Source of the DNA: Nemertoderma westbladi
Lineage: Eukaryota > Animalia > Xenacoelomorpha
Length of the DNA: 56,220 nucleotides
NCBI GenBank assembly: GCA_032718475.1
Contig: JAUCBJ010003545.1
Span: 1 to 56,220 of the forward strand
Reading direction: 5' to 3'
The position numbers and the translations under genes are program-made. This document shows, in pieces, positions 12,244-23,692 of the stretch (position 1 is the first letter of the stretch; every line of letters starts with the position of its first letter). The notes beneath the pieces were generated by a model. It worked only from the letters and a program-made list of their open reading frames with translations. It ran no database searches and was not told where the DNA came from.

Positions 12244-12274
12244 ATTTAACTAAGTAAGAACCGAAATACTTTTA

Positions 12275-12637
12275 CTAGAGTAGCCTTTTTGAATTTCCCT
12301 CCACCAAAAATCAATATAACCAAAAGCTTCAGGAATCATCCAATAAGGACCGTTACCGTAATGCAGTTAATTCAATACTGTAGGACAGAAATTGTTTTAT
12401 CACATTTTTTGTTCCGTAATTACTGTTGGTTAATTTGTATATTATGTATGAATATCTAACCCTGGGGTGTGTGTACATTATTTCTGTCCTACAGTATTAA
12501 CCTTTACAGTATTACGGTATATTCATGTATCCGCCCCTGTGTGTGTGGTGTAAATGAATAAGGATTCTTATTGGGTGATTCCTGAGGCTTTTGGTTATAT
12601 TTGTTTTTTGTGGAGGGAAATTCAAAGGCTACTCTAG
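12275..12637. mobile_element. Palindromic MITE with ~75-bp TIRs
   Basis: CTAGAGTAGCCTTT..GAATTTCCCTCCAC... (12275-12348) inverted at 12562-12637; inner inverted pair AATACTGTAGGACAGAAAT (12374) and ATTTCTGTCCTACAGTATT (12480). Confidence 0.75.
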
Positions 12638-13664
12638 CGAAAAAGCGTTCCCACTCCAGCTCTTCCTCTCTATTTATTTAATTTATTTCCGATTATCCAA
12701 TTTATTTATCGCCTTACAAAAAATTTTTAATTTTTCACTTTTTCACTACATTTTAACAGGAAAATCACTAATATATTCAGAATCCACTAAAATATATTAA
12801 TTTACATTAAATCTATTAATTATCACTAAAATCTATTAATCATAAATTATCACTAGAATGTGGAAAGGGCAGGTTACAGTGGCACGTTATTCCAACCTAA
12901 ATAATAAAGGTATTTTAATAGAAAAGTTACAGGATTTATTTATTAACATGATTTATTTTTTATCATTAAAAATCGAATTTTTTAGTGATAATTAATTTTA
13001 GTAGAGGATAATATATATTTTATAACGACAAAAATTTACTGGAAAAAAACAATTGTTTTAGTGACAAATAAAATTAATGGTATTTTAATAATGTAAGCTA
13101 TCGATACAATTAAAGCAATAAACATAGAGACATGCAGGTAGCTACCGTCCTTAAGTTAAAACTGAAAGCTTTTTATGAAAAACATAAGTCAAAGTACCGG
13201 CACTGCTACCAATAGTCTAGAACTATAAGTTTACTGTAGTAGCAATTTATGAATACCTATTTATTGTAAGCTCCTACTAATCTTAATCTCTTCGTCAATG
13301 CTCTGTGGTTTTTAGTAACAGATAGCTCTTGTTAATACTGTTCATACTGTACAATACTTCATTGTTCATACTAAATACATTCATAAACTGTTACTAAACT
13401 TAGTTCTAGCCTATTAGTAATAGTACCGGTACTTCAACGTTAATGCTTTCAATTTCAAGTAAAGCACTGGCTACGCTATTTGTTGGGGTGAGTCACTGAA
13501 CCGATTAAATGTTTTATTATTTTTTTTATATGTGCAAATTGTGCATGCTATAATATATTGTTGTATGTGCAGCAGTATGAAATAAATAAATCTAATCTAA
13601 TCTTAAAGGACGGTCGGTAGGCCTCCCTACTGTATCTGTATGTTTAATGCATAGCCTACTATAT

Positions 13665-14157
13665 CTTTCAGCAACAAATAGTTGATGTAATATCCAGTGA
13701 CATCATAACATCTGGAGTGGAGATATTGTGCATCATTTGCGATAACTTTGAAAGTTAATAGAAAATTTTTTTCTTTGCACCAGACAGTAAGAAATGAACC
13801 CTGGCCTACCCAGAATGGTACCTTTCTAATTTATGACTTTATACATTTGTTCAAATGTATTCGCAATAACTGGATCACAGAAAAATCGAAAACTATCGAA
13901 TTTGATGGATGTGTAGCGAAATGGTCCTGTATTGAAAGTCTCTTTGAACGAGAAAAGGCATCATCAATAAAGATTGCCCATCGATTGACACAGAAGGCAG
14001 TGTACCCAAAGCCTATTGAAAGACAGGATGTTTCTGCTATGCTCCGTGTGTTTTGTGATGAAACTGTTGTTGCTTTTCGTACTCACGTTGATCCCACTGA
14101 TGATGATAAAGAAACCGCAACTTTCATTGAGAAGTTCGTTCGCGCATTTAAGATACT
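13665..14157 (+). pseudogene. P-element/THAP9-type transposase, 5' part (5'-truncated, frameshifted, interrupted by the LTR element)
   Basis: IICDN / KVNRKFF (frameshift near 13748), YDFIHLFKCIRNNWI, PKPIERQDV, ETATFIEKF...FKIL; reading frame resumes at 29382 after removing the insert and one TSD copy. Confidence 0.85.
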
Positions 14158-15380
14158 TGTAAAAGCTTTTGCTGAATTGCCCGGTTATTTTTCCTTATTT
14201 TTCCCGTAAAATACTCTGTAGTTGGTTTAATAGGCGTAAGAGGCCGTATTATTGCTGTATCGGTGTTTTTAGAGGATCTAAGAGCTATTTCTTCCGTATG
14301 TGTACTGTGGAAGGCATAGTTGATGATTCTATGGCAATTCCGTGACGCAAAAGGGGATAGCTACTCTTGAACAGTAGTTACTATGACGACGGTTAACAGC
14401 TGATATTCATACGTGTTGATTTTCTTTGTTCTTCGGCATCTCTCAGTTCAGTCAACCAATCAGAGCGTTTTTACTGTTCTTGTACAGAAATTTCCTAGAA
14501 ATCACGCAATGCTTTATGGGCAGTGTTATCATTCAGTCCTGAGCCAAGAAAGAACGGCTTTTGGAATATTTGTGCTTTTCTGCTTTTAGCCTAACACTAG
14601 TAGGCTTAATTATAAGGACATATATCCGTTATCTGACATCACACTGGGTAACTCAATGGTTAACAACTTACTCAATGCTTGGCTGATCTTGTCGTGCATA
14701 CTTTTATAACGTTATACTGCTATTTACTGTCGGTTATTCATTATATGGTTGATGAAATATTATATTTGGAATAACGAGAAATAACCCCGAAAACCCAATA
14801 TTCTTGATATACCGAAGGTAAGAGAGACAGGTTACATATAACGATTGTGACTTATGTTAAAGTGGTTTGAAGTGAATCTAATGTTATCTGATAGACCCTA
14901 CATGAGTCGGTCTGTGTTCCTTTTATATGTGACTAAAATCAGTGAAGATCGGCAGATCAGTGTGCAGTATTGTGCAGCATTGTGTATGAGTGAGACTGAT
15001 AACGAAGCATTTCCTAAAGAATGCGCCATATATGTGAATTGTAACTAAGCCATATCGTTGCATGTAGTTTAAGTCATAGCTCTGTTTATATAGATAGAGC
15101 GCCACGTCCAAAAGGAACTGTTAATATTCCCCGAAGGTGAATAATATTGTCAGAGATTATATAATACTGTCAGTCGAATAATACATTAGGCTTACATAGC
15201 AATAAGATTAAGCCGTCGAAGTCAATCTCCCGGGTATATCCAGCGGGTGAATGATCGCGCACAGATTGGTTTCAACTAGTGTAGTGAATCAAATACTTGT
15301 CAGAGGCTAAAAGCGATTTATTATCTAGAAGACATCCTAATTTGGCGGGTTAAACTGCCAAAGGTCTGAAAGCGTGAACA
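14158..15380 (+). repeat. 5' LTR (1223 bp)
   Basis: Starts TGTAAAAG, ends GAACA; only three substitutions versus the 3' LTR seen by eye. Confidence 0.97.
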
Positions 15381-15749
15381 ATAACGGATATCGCTTCTTT
15401 ATTGCAGTAAGCAATAAAGTTGAAAGTACCGGTCAAATGGTAAACCTGAACGGTCCATCTGTAGGTCAGTAGGCCCAACTGCCAGAACCGGTACTGCTGT
15501 AGGCCTGTAAGTCCAACTGCCAGAACCGGTACTTCTGTAGGTCCGTGGGCCTAACTGTCCTAACCGGTACTTCCCGTATAAGTACATTAGTATTATTCGA
15601 TTTGATTATTGTATACCGGTAGGCTGTTTAAGAGATTAGGGACTGTACACCCCTTGTTTCTTTTGGAGCTTACTTATTTCTGTCAGTTTTATTTATTTGT
15701 AGGCCAGTATTGAACAGAAGGCGTGTAAGCCTGATCATATTGTACAGAC

Positions 15750-16320
15750 AATTTGTAGGCTGGGCTGTTGTCTGATTGTTGTTAAGTCTGAACGGATTGC
15801 AGTGTGTGTAGATCACCTGTCCGATAAAGAACGGTTAGGAAGTAGGGGCAGCCAAAGCTGTAAGGTAAACCCCCAACTAAAGAATAAGTCGTACTACTGG
15901 GTTAGAACGCATACTACCTAATCATTTCGGAGTCTGCATGTCCTGTAGTTTATTTAGGCTTGAGAGTAGTCTGCCATCGTTTAGTCTGTACTTTGTTTGT
16001 GTAGTCTGTACAGGTAGCGTATAATATTTATTTAAATAATTTGTAGGCTGGATAGTTGTCTGGCTGTTATAAGGTCTGAACGGATTGCAGTGTGTGTAGA
16101 GCCTCTGTCCGATAAAGAACGGTTAGGAAGTAGGGGCAGCCAAAGCTGTAAGGTAAACCCCCATCTAAAGAATAAGTCGTACTACTGGGTTAGCACGCAT
16201 ACTACCTAACCATTTCGGAGTCTGCATGTCCTGTAGTTTGTTTAGGCTTGATAGTAGTCTGTCAGTATTTAGTCTGCATTTTGTTTGAGTGGTTTGTACG
16301 CGTAGCGTAATATTTATTAT
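15750..16320 (+). repeat. Tandem ~288-bp duplication in the retroelement 5' leader
   Basis: AATTTGTAGGCTGG...GTAGCGTA starts at 15750 and 16038, with a nearly identical core. Confidence 0.9.
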
Positions 16321-17513
16321 TCAGAGTTTATGCGATTATTCGCAACATTCATTCCCCAAGTTTGTTCCTACAATAATTGTGTTTGTTATACATACCGCTA
16401 TAGTTAAATTAACCCCGGTACTACACGGGCTGCTTGGCGTAGGTAAAGACTGGTGATTTTGTGCACCGGTCACTCCAGCAGATGCCGTGGTTCTTTTAGC
16501 TGTTCAAGTATATTTAACTACTGATTATATGTTGTACAAGTACTCGTACCTAATTTAGGGTTTAGTGTACAGTGCTTTCCGAAAGTAATTAGTGTAGGCA
16601 TTATATTTGTGTTGTAAAGTGGTTGATAAGCACGTTCGATTAGCTCTATTAACTTCTAGGTAGGAACACTCCGTGATACATAACGTAGTACCTATAGCGA
16701 TACGGCTATAGGTCGTCAGGCGGTGGTATTTTCCTATCTGGACAATGCAGTGTATTTACTACTACGTATTATTTTCAAATACCGCAGTACCCTGTCCGTT
16801 GTAATAACCAGATTTCTAACCCTTTGTTAGGCTGGTTTGTAGACTTCTTGTAAAATTACCCTAAAAATTTGTGTTTATGTATTTGTAATTAAATTTTGTG
16901 TTTATTTAGAGATTGTAATCTCACCCGAATCGTACGTAATTTGTAGTATTAAGTAACTTAGGTAAATTAGAATTATTTGTTTTAGTGTCCTATAAGTAAC
17001 ACTTCACTGAAAGCGCACCGCTTTGTGTAGTGATTACTCCCCAGAAATAATAACATTTATTTCAAACATTGACAAACCCATTAAAACGGGTATATAAATA
17101 TTATAAATCAAATCTCACGATTTATAAATAGTAGGCCTACCATACAACCATTAGGTCTCAATATCAGTTGGACTACTGCTCAAATAACGGTAATAAAGTA
17201 AGTAAAGTAACCAAGTAACCCTAAAATTCAGAAATTCAATTATTTAAAATAATTGACATACCGGTATTTGCAATAGGCTTATTATATTTATTTCAATAAA
17301 TTTAGGCTGAAATTATACCGGTACTTTGTAATTAATTCTAGTCCAGAATTATACTTATATATACTATCCCTGCAAACATTTTACGTTAATTACGCTAATC
17401 TAACGTTAGACTTTAGTCTGTTTTAGGTTAGAAAAATAAAGTTATAAAAATAACTTAGAACAAACGTTTTCTAACGTCTTATAATCGTTTAAAAACTACA
17501 TGTCTAAAATCAA

Positions 17514-17900
17514 CTAAACCCAAACGTTAAACTGACGTTCAATTTTAACATAGATTTTTAACGTTATTTTGAAACGTCTGACATTGGTTAAATTTAATCA
17601 TGTACAAAAATGACTAAACCTAAACGTTAAACAGACGTTGAATTTTAACATCAATTTTTAACATTATTTTGAAACGTCTGTCATTGGTTAAATTTAATCA
17701 TGTACAAAAATGACTAAACCCAAACGTTAAACAGACGTTGAATTTTAACATCAATTTTTAACGTTATTTTGAAACGTCAGACATTGGTTAAATTTAATCA
17801 TGAACATAAATCACTAAACCCAATATTAAACAAACGTTGAAATTTAACATCGATTTTTAATGTTAATTTAAAACGTCTGACATTGGTTAAATAGAATCAT
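17514..17900 (+). repeat. Four 100-bp subterminal tandem repeats
   Basis: CTAAACC recurs at 17514, 17614, 17714 and 17814. Confidence 0.9.
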
Positions 17901-18009
17901 TCTTGTATTAGAAAATTGTAATGTAATTTAGTCACGTTAATATTTATTGCAACAGGTCCACTGGAATATAGTGTTGTAATTATTCAGTGTCATGCAACTA
18001 TCACTCAAG

Positions 18010-19082
18010 TTGTACCTTGTGGTCTTACTTTTGTACCTGGGGGGGGGGGGGGGGGGGGTGTGGTCTTACTTTTTTTACCTGGGGGGGGGGGGGTGTCTTA
18101 CTTTTGTACTAGGGGGTCTTACTTTTGTTTCAGGGTGTCTTACTTTTGTACCAGGGGGGTCTTACTTTTGTACTTGGCGGGGTCTTACTTTTGTACCTGG
18201 AGGGGTCATACTTGGACTTACTTTTGTACCTGGGGGTCTTACACTACTTTTGTACCTAAGGGGGGGGGGGGGTGGTATTACTTTTGTACCTGCAGGTCTT
18301 ACTTTTGTTCCAGGGGAGTCTTACCTTTCTACCAGGGGGGTCTTACTTTTGTACATGGGGGGGGGGGGGGGGGCTTACTTTTGTACCTAGAGGGGTCATA
18401 CTTTTGTACCAAGGGGGTATTACTTTTGTACCTGGAGGGGTCATACCTTTGTACCTGGGAGGTCTTACTTTTGTACCTGGGGAGGGTCTTACGTTTGTAC
18501 CTGGGGGTCTTACGTTTGTACCAGGGGGTCTTACTTTTGTACCTTGGGGGGGGGGGGGGTCTTACGTTTGTACCTGAGGATCTTACTTTTGTACCTGGGG
18601 TGGGTCTTACGTTTGTACCTGGGGGCCTTACGTTTGTACCAGGGGGTCTTACTTTTGTACCAGGGGGATTTACTTTTGTACCTGGAGGTCTTACTTTTGT
18701 TCCAGGGGAGTCTTACCTTTCTACCAGGGGGGTCTTACTTTTGTACATGGGGGGTGGGGGCTTACTTTTGTACCTGGATGGGTCATACCTTTGTACCTGG
18801 GAGGTCTTACTTTTGTACCTGGGGTGGGTCTTACGTTTGTACCTGGGGGTCTTACGTTTGTACCAGGGGTTCTTACTTTTGTACCTTGGGGGGGGGGGGG
18901 GGTCTTACGTTTGTACCTTGGGGGTCTTACTTTTGTACCTGGAGTGGGGCTTACGTTTGTACCTGGGGGCCTTACGTTTGTACCAGGGGGTCTTACTTTT
19001 GTACCAGGGGGATTTACTTTTCTACCAGGGCGGGGAAGGGGGGGTCTTACATTTGTAGGGTCTTGGGTCTTTATTTTGTACT
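18010..19082 (+). repeat. Minisatellite, ~21-22-bp unit GGTCTTACTTTTGTACC(T/A)GGG with variable G tracts
   Basis: About 45-50 degenerate units; it accounts for the spurious G/L-rich ORFs here. Confidence 0.95.
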
Positions 19083-20563
19083 CCCATAATATAACTACCG
19101 TAACTGCAATATTAATTAGTTTACATGTTCTTCAATATATTATTGTGATGTGCAAAATTATTGAATTTATAACGATGCAATATTGAATATTTCTTTCAAT
19201 TTTGGTATTATTTTTTTATACTGTAGTTTTGTTTATTTCTCATATTTTTGTTTATTGAAGTTTATTTAGCCAATAAATAGTACAGTACGTTATGCCGATT
19301 TATATTACTGATATACTGTAAATTTAGCATTGAATTATTTTTTATTCCGGGCAAAATTTGTTAAATAAGTTCATTTTCGACTGCCAATTATTTATATAAA
19401 AACGGCACTACGTTTATTCAGTGTGAGTGGCTAAATAATATAAACACTGTTCGTTGCCATCGTTAAATGATTGGTGAGGTTTGATATACAGTGTACAGTA
19501 GTTAATACAAACAATAAATTGGTTTCAATCTACCCCCAGCGTCTGCAAAAAACGCAAGTCTAACGTTAAATGACGTCAGACTCTAAATAGTTATTAATTT
19601 CCTATAATTTAATTTTAAATTATCAATTAAATTGTTTGATAACTATTAAATTTAAATAATTTAATCAAATGATTTATCTAACGTAGAGGCCAAATAGGTA
19701 TGTGATAGTATTTTATATAAATCTAAACAAATTTCTTAGCAATTGATCAAAAGTCATCATAATTCTTCTCAGAAATAATCCGATATTTATTTTGCCTAAA
19801 TGCATTGAAGGTTCCACTCCTAAGGTGTGGTAGGTGTAGGGGCGTAGGCTGTGTAGGTTAGGGTTAGGTCCCCCCAGTCCCTTGCAGGTCCACCAAGTAA
19901 CTGCCGCTGTGGTCCATGAAGTAAATCTCAAACTTGATCTTTTTCATGCTTTTGAATCAAAAATAACGTATTAGTAACGTATTTTTTTAACGTATTATTG
20001 ACGTATTTTTTTAACGTATTTATTTAACGTAGTAACCCCGGCCAATAATACGTTAATTTAACGTAATGGTACGTTCATAAATAACGTTAATAATATACGG
20101 CAGTTAACGTTATTTTCAGACATGAGTTAATTAGTATGATTTGAGTAAAATTTATGTATATTTTTAACGTAGTAACCCCGGCCAATAATACGTTAATTTA
20201 ACGTAAGGGCACGTTAAAAAATAACGTTGGAATGGTAGAATATTAACGTAAATTAACGTTAAATTAACGTCAAAATGTTTGCAGGGATAACTGTAAGCTG
20301 TATACCGGTATTCCCGATAGGCCTATTATATATTTATATATATTTGTGCTAAAATTATATACCGATATTCTGTGATAAACCTAGTCTGTAATAATACTTA
20401 TATATATACTATAAGCATACCGGTATTCTAATATATTATATATATATCACGCTACACTGAGTAGCAGTATCGATAATTAATTACTAGGCTAGCAGTTAAT
20501 ACTGAATTACTAGACTTGCTTAGACTGTAATATAGCAGTAGGCATCCAACTGTACAAACAAAC

Positions 20564-23500
20564 ATGTCTGACACAAGGCAAACTCTGTCAGATAGTCTCC
20601 TAGAAACAACAGTCTGTTTATCAGATAGGAGTATAGAGAATCCCAGACAGAGGTCTGAAACCCCTCCTACTGTAAGAAAGACAACCCCTATAGTAGCTGT
20701 GTCAGAACCTAGATTAGTAGAAGCAATTTCGCAATTCGCGAAGTTATTGAAGCGCCGTAGGTCTATCATCGGTACTCGGGCCCAAGTTAAGCGGGATCAA
20801 GAAGCAGCTGCCAAACAGCAGCAACCTCCTAGCCAAGAACCTAGTTCTCAGCGGCCCGAGAGCTCCAGTAGTTCGGGTGCTGTTGAGCGGACGCCCGAAC
20901 GCGGAGCGAAGATGGCGGATACGGTTTATGATGAACGGCCAACCTATGAAGAATCAACCGACGCCACTTCTTCTCAAGAAGAAAGCGAAGGGACAGCGGA
21001 GGGGCCGCGAAAGAGAGATGCCATTGACATCTATCTGTCAGACTATCAACGTTTTTTAGGTGATGACGAGTTGAGGAGAAGGTTAGATGGACTTAGCCCT
21101 AATAATGAAGGAACCAAGCTTGTGCTGGACGCAATCGATGTGGAAATGAGGGCTGCGAACCAGGCTAAATTTGATGAACAACTCCGCATCACACGAGTCC
21201 AAGAAGAGCAAGTAAAGAAAAAACGTATAGAAGACAGAAAGAAAGCAGCAGTAGCAGCTGCCGAAGCGGAAAGGAAAGCAGCTGAAGAGGAAAGTAAAGC
21301 CGACGAAATGGAAAGGAAAGCGGCAGCGGCAGCGGCAGAGGCAGAAGCGAAAAGAAAAGCAGCCGAAATGGAAAGAAAAGCAGCCGAAATGGAAAGAAAA
21401 GCGGCAGCGGCAGCGGCAGAGGCGGAAGCGAAAAGAAAAACAGCCGAAATGAAAAGAAAAGCGGAAATGGCAGTGGCAGAAGCAGAACGTAGAGCGGCGG
21501 AAGAAATCACCCAATTAGAATTGGAAAACATTCAGGAGAATCAAGACTGCATAAATAAACAGTTAACAGCTAGTAATATGCAGATGATGAATCGATCTAC
21601 TCCCAAAAGACAGGGATATACATCATCTGAGGAAGGCGATACCACTGATACCGAAGGCAAAGGAAATAGATCTCGTCTAAGCAGACGTAAAAGAACATTC
21701 CACCGTCAGAAATTGCCTGATTTGCCTCCAGCTGTTAGAAGGCAACTAAATAACACCAACTTAGGTAGTGCAGAACCCACAGACCAAATAATTAAAATAG
21801 AAAGACTCCCTACTATAGTAGATGAGCCTGAAATAATTAGGCCTGTTCTTGAAATCACCCCTTCGGTGATAGACACACCTGTGCTCCCTGAAGTTACCTC
21901 TAAATTCCCTCTGCACAGCACTAAGCTACCTGTGCCCAGTAGAACAGCCCATGAGGCAGTTCAGGTCCTGGACCCCGAGCGAAATATTCCTGATTTGTCG
22001 CCCGTTGTCCCTCGTCCACCCGCTACAACGTTGGCGACTCCCGCTTCGGCGGTCGAATGGGTGGATGAGAGACGGCGGGGGATGGATCTCCTGCTCGGGC
22101 AGATGCAGGAGACCGTTCAGCAATTCAAGGGCACAGTAAGGGAAAGTAGGTTAGAGTTGCAAAAGGTGCAGCAAAGTATCGCGTTAGAACGCGATAAATT
22201 AGTGAACACACAAAAGGGTATACCACCACCCCCTGTAACAATGTGTCAACCCATTAGGTCTGAAGTATCCCATGCGCAAGGTGTGGAGCCTACACGCATC
22301 TATACTGCTAGCGAAGTAGAAACTCCTATAGTAAACCCTATTAAGGGTAATTATAAACCTGTTGATAATGACATTCCCTATAGACCTGATCATAATCCGA
22401 GAAATTTATATACCGATAACTCGATATTAAATAACACGATGGCCCAAGAAAGTTTTACACGACAAATGGCTAGAACCGAAGCCCGGCAAGCGGTAAAGGT
22501 TGGAGAGATCGTCAAGTTCAATGGAGATGAGATGAAATGGTTACCTTTTAATGAATATTACAAAGATAACATACAGAACTCTGTGCTATCTAATGGAGAG
22601 AAACTTAGATTCCTCATCGAGTGCTTGGAAGGATCTCCCAAGTTAATGGCGTCAAAGTTTATTGGACATCCAGACGGATTAAGACAAGTTTGGGATACAC
22701 TAAACATCAGGTATGGTAATAGGAATAACATAGCTGGGTATTTGTATGCAAAGTTGGTAGCGCCCCGAAAGTTTATTAGCAACGGGATTATAGAGTTTTC
22801 CGATGAAATTCAGGAGATCTGCAGACAATTAGATTGGCTAGGTAAGTCTCATGAGTAGCTGAGTGCTATGGTTATTAGAGCAGTGGCCTCTACTTTACCG
22901 AAGGGTGGAGTAGGTACACGCTGGGACAAGAAAGTGTTATACATGATGGAACAACAACAACGAGACCCTACCATGACTGATCTCATGACATTCTTGGATG
23001 GCGAAGTGAAATTACAGCTCATAAAGCAGTCCAGAGAGAAGACATCGGAAAACAAGGTAAGTGAGAAACCCGTCTCCAGAAGAAAGGTAACACCAGTGTG
23101 TTATACCGACGACGGCGAAAGCCAAGCTTCCCAAGAGGAGGACAGCGGGAAAGACACTGAAAGATCTTATTATGTCAATAAAACACCTAACGAACAGGGA
23201 AGTAAATTTAAGTCTCGATCCAATGACAAGAGAGAACAGGTAAGAAAAACTCCTCCTACGTCTCCCAAGAGAATTCAGGTGAGAAAGCCCGAGGAAAGAA
23301 CGAACGTGCACCACACAGCACATGTTAAAGTAAGTAACATCAAGCCCAAATGTGTGCTGTGCGACGGGCCCCACCGTTTAAATGCGTGTGATAAATTCTT
23401 AAAGAAATCATTAAAAGAGAGACGGGAAGTCATGTGGGATAAGCGGTTGTGTTATAATTGCCTCAGACGAGGACACCAACGGCGAACCTGTTACTCCGAC

Positions 23501-23692
23501 GCAAGGTGTGCAAAGTGCGGTGCGAAACATCATATCTTGTTGCACACTGAATTCGAGCGAAATAGTCCGAGTCAGGTGAGTGATTCCGAACTACATGTCC
23601 AATTCAGTGATGTGAACGACACTGATCAATCTGAGATGGAAGGATTTTCTATACGGACGAATTCTCCGACCAAAACGAATCCTGTTACTTAA
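20564..23692 (+). CDS. gag: BEL/Pao Gag (DUF1759-like domain, three zinc knuckles), with one in-frame TAG at 22856-22858
   Basis: KFNGDEMKWLPF...KLRFLIECLEG...WDTLNIRYG; CVLCDGPHRLNAC, CYNCLRRGHQRRTC, CAKCGAKHHILLH; ORFs 20564-22858 and 22868-23692 share one frame. Confidence 0.9.

Larger units (their letters stand above)
17368..20286. mobile_element. Non-autonomous EnSpm/CACTA(CMC)-like DNA element inserted in the LTR element leader
   Basis: TIR CCCTGCAAACATTTT(G)ACGTTAATT at both ends; 2-bp AT TSD (17366-67 and 20287-88); AACGT-rich subterminal repeats; a paralogous leader repeat at 20393-20414 (..ATACTATAAG) supports the AT-TSD empty site. Confidence 0.8.

Noticed and set aside
14854-15111. 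Short ORFs duplicated at 28850-29107
   Set aside because: They lie within the LTRs, which explains the duplication; no coding signature.
17992-19186. Several long Gly/Leu-rich ORFs
   Set aside because: Overlapping open frames produced by a minisatellite.
21046-21531. Ala-rich antisense ORFs
   Set aside because: Shadow frames of the repetitive AAEMERK coiled-coil segment of gag.
23642-23648. GGATTTT as a canonical -1 slippery heptamer
   Set aside because: It is not phased as G_GAU_UUU in the gag frame.
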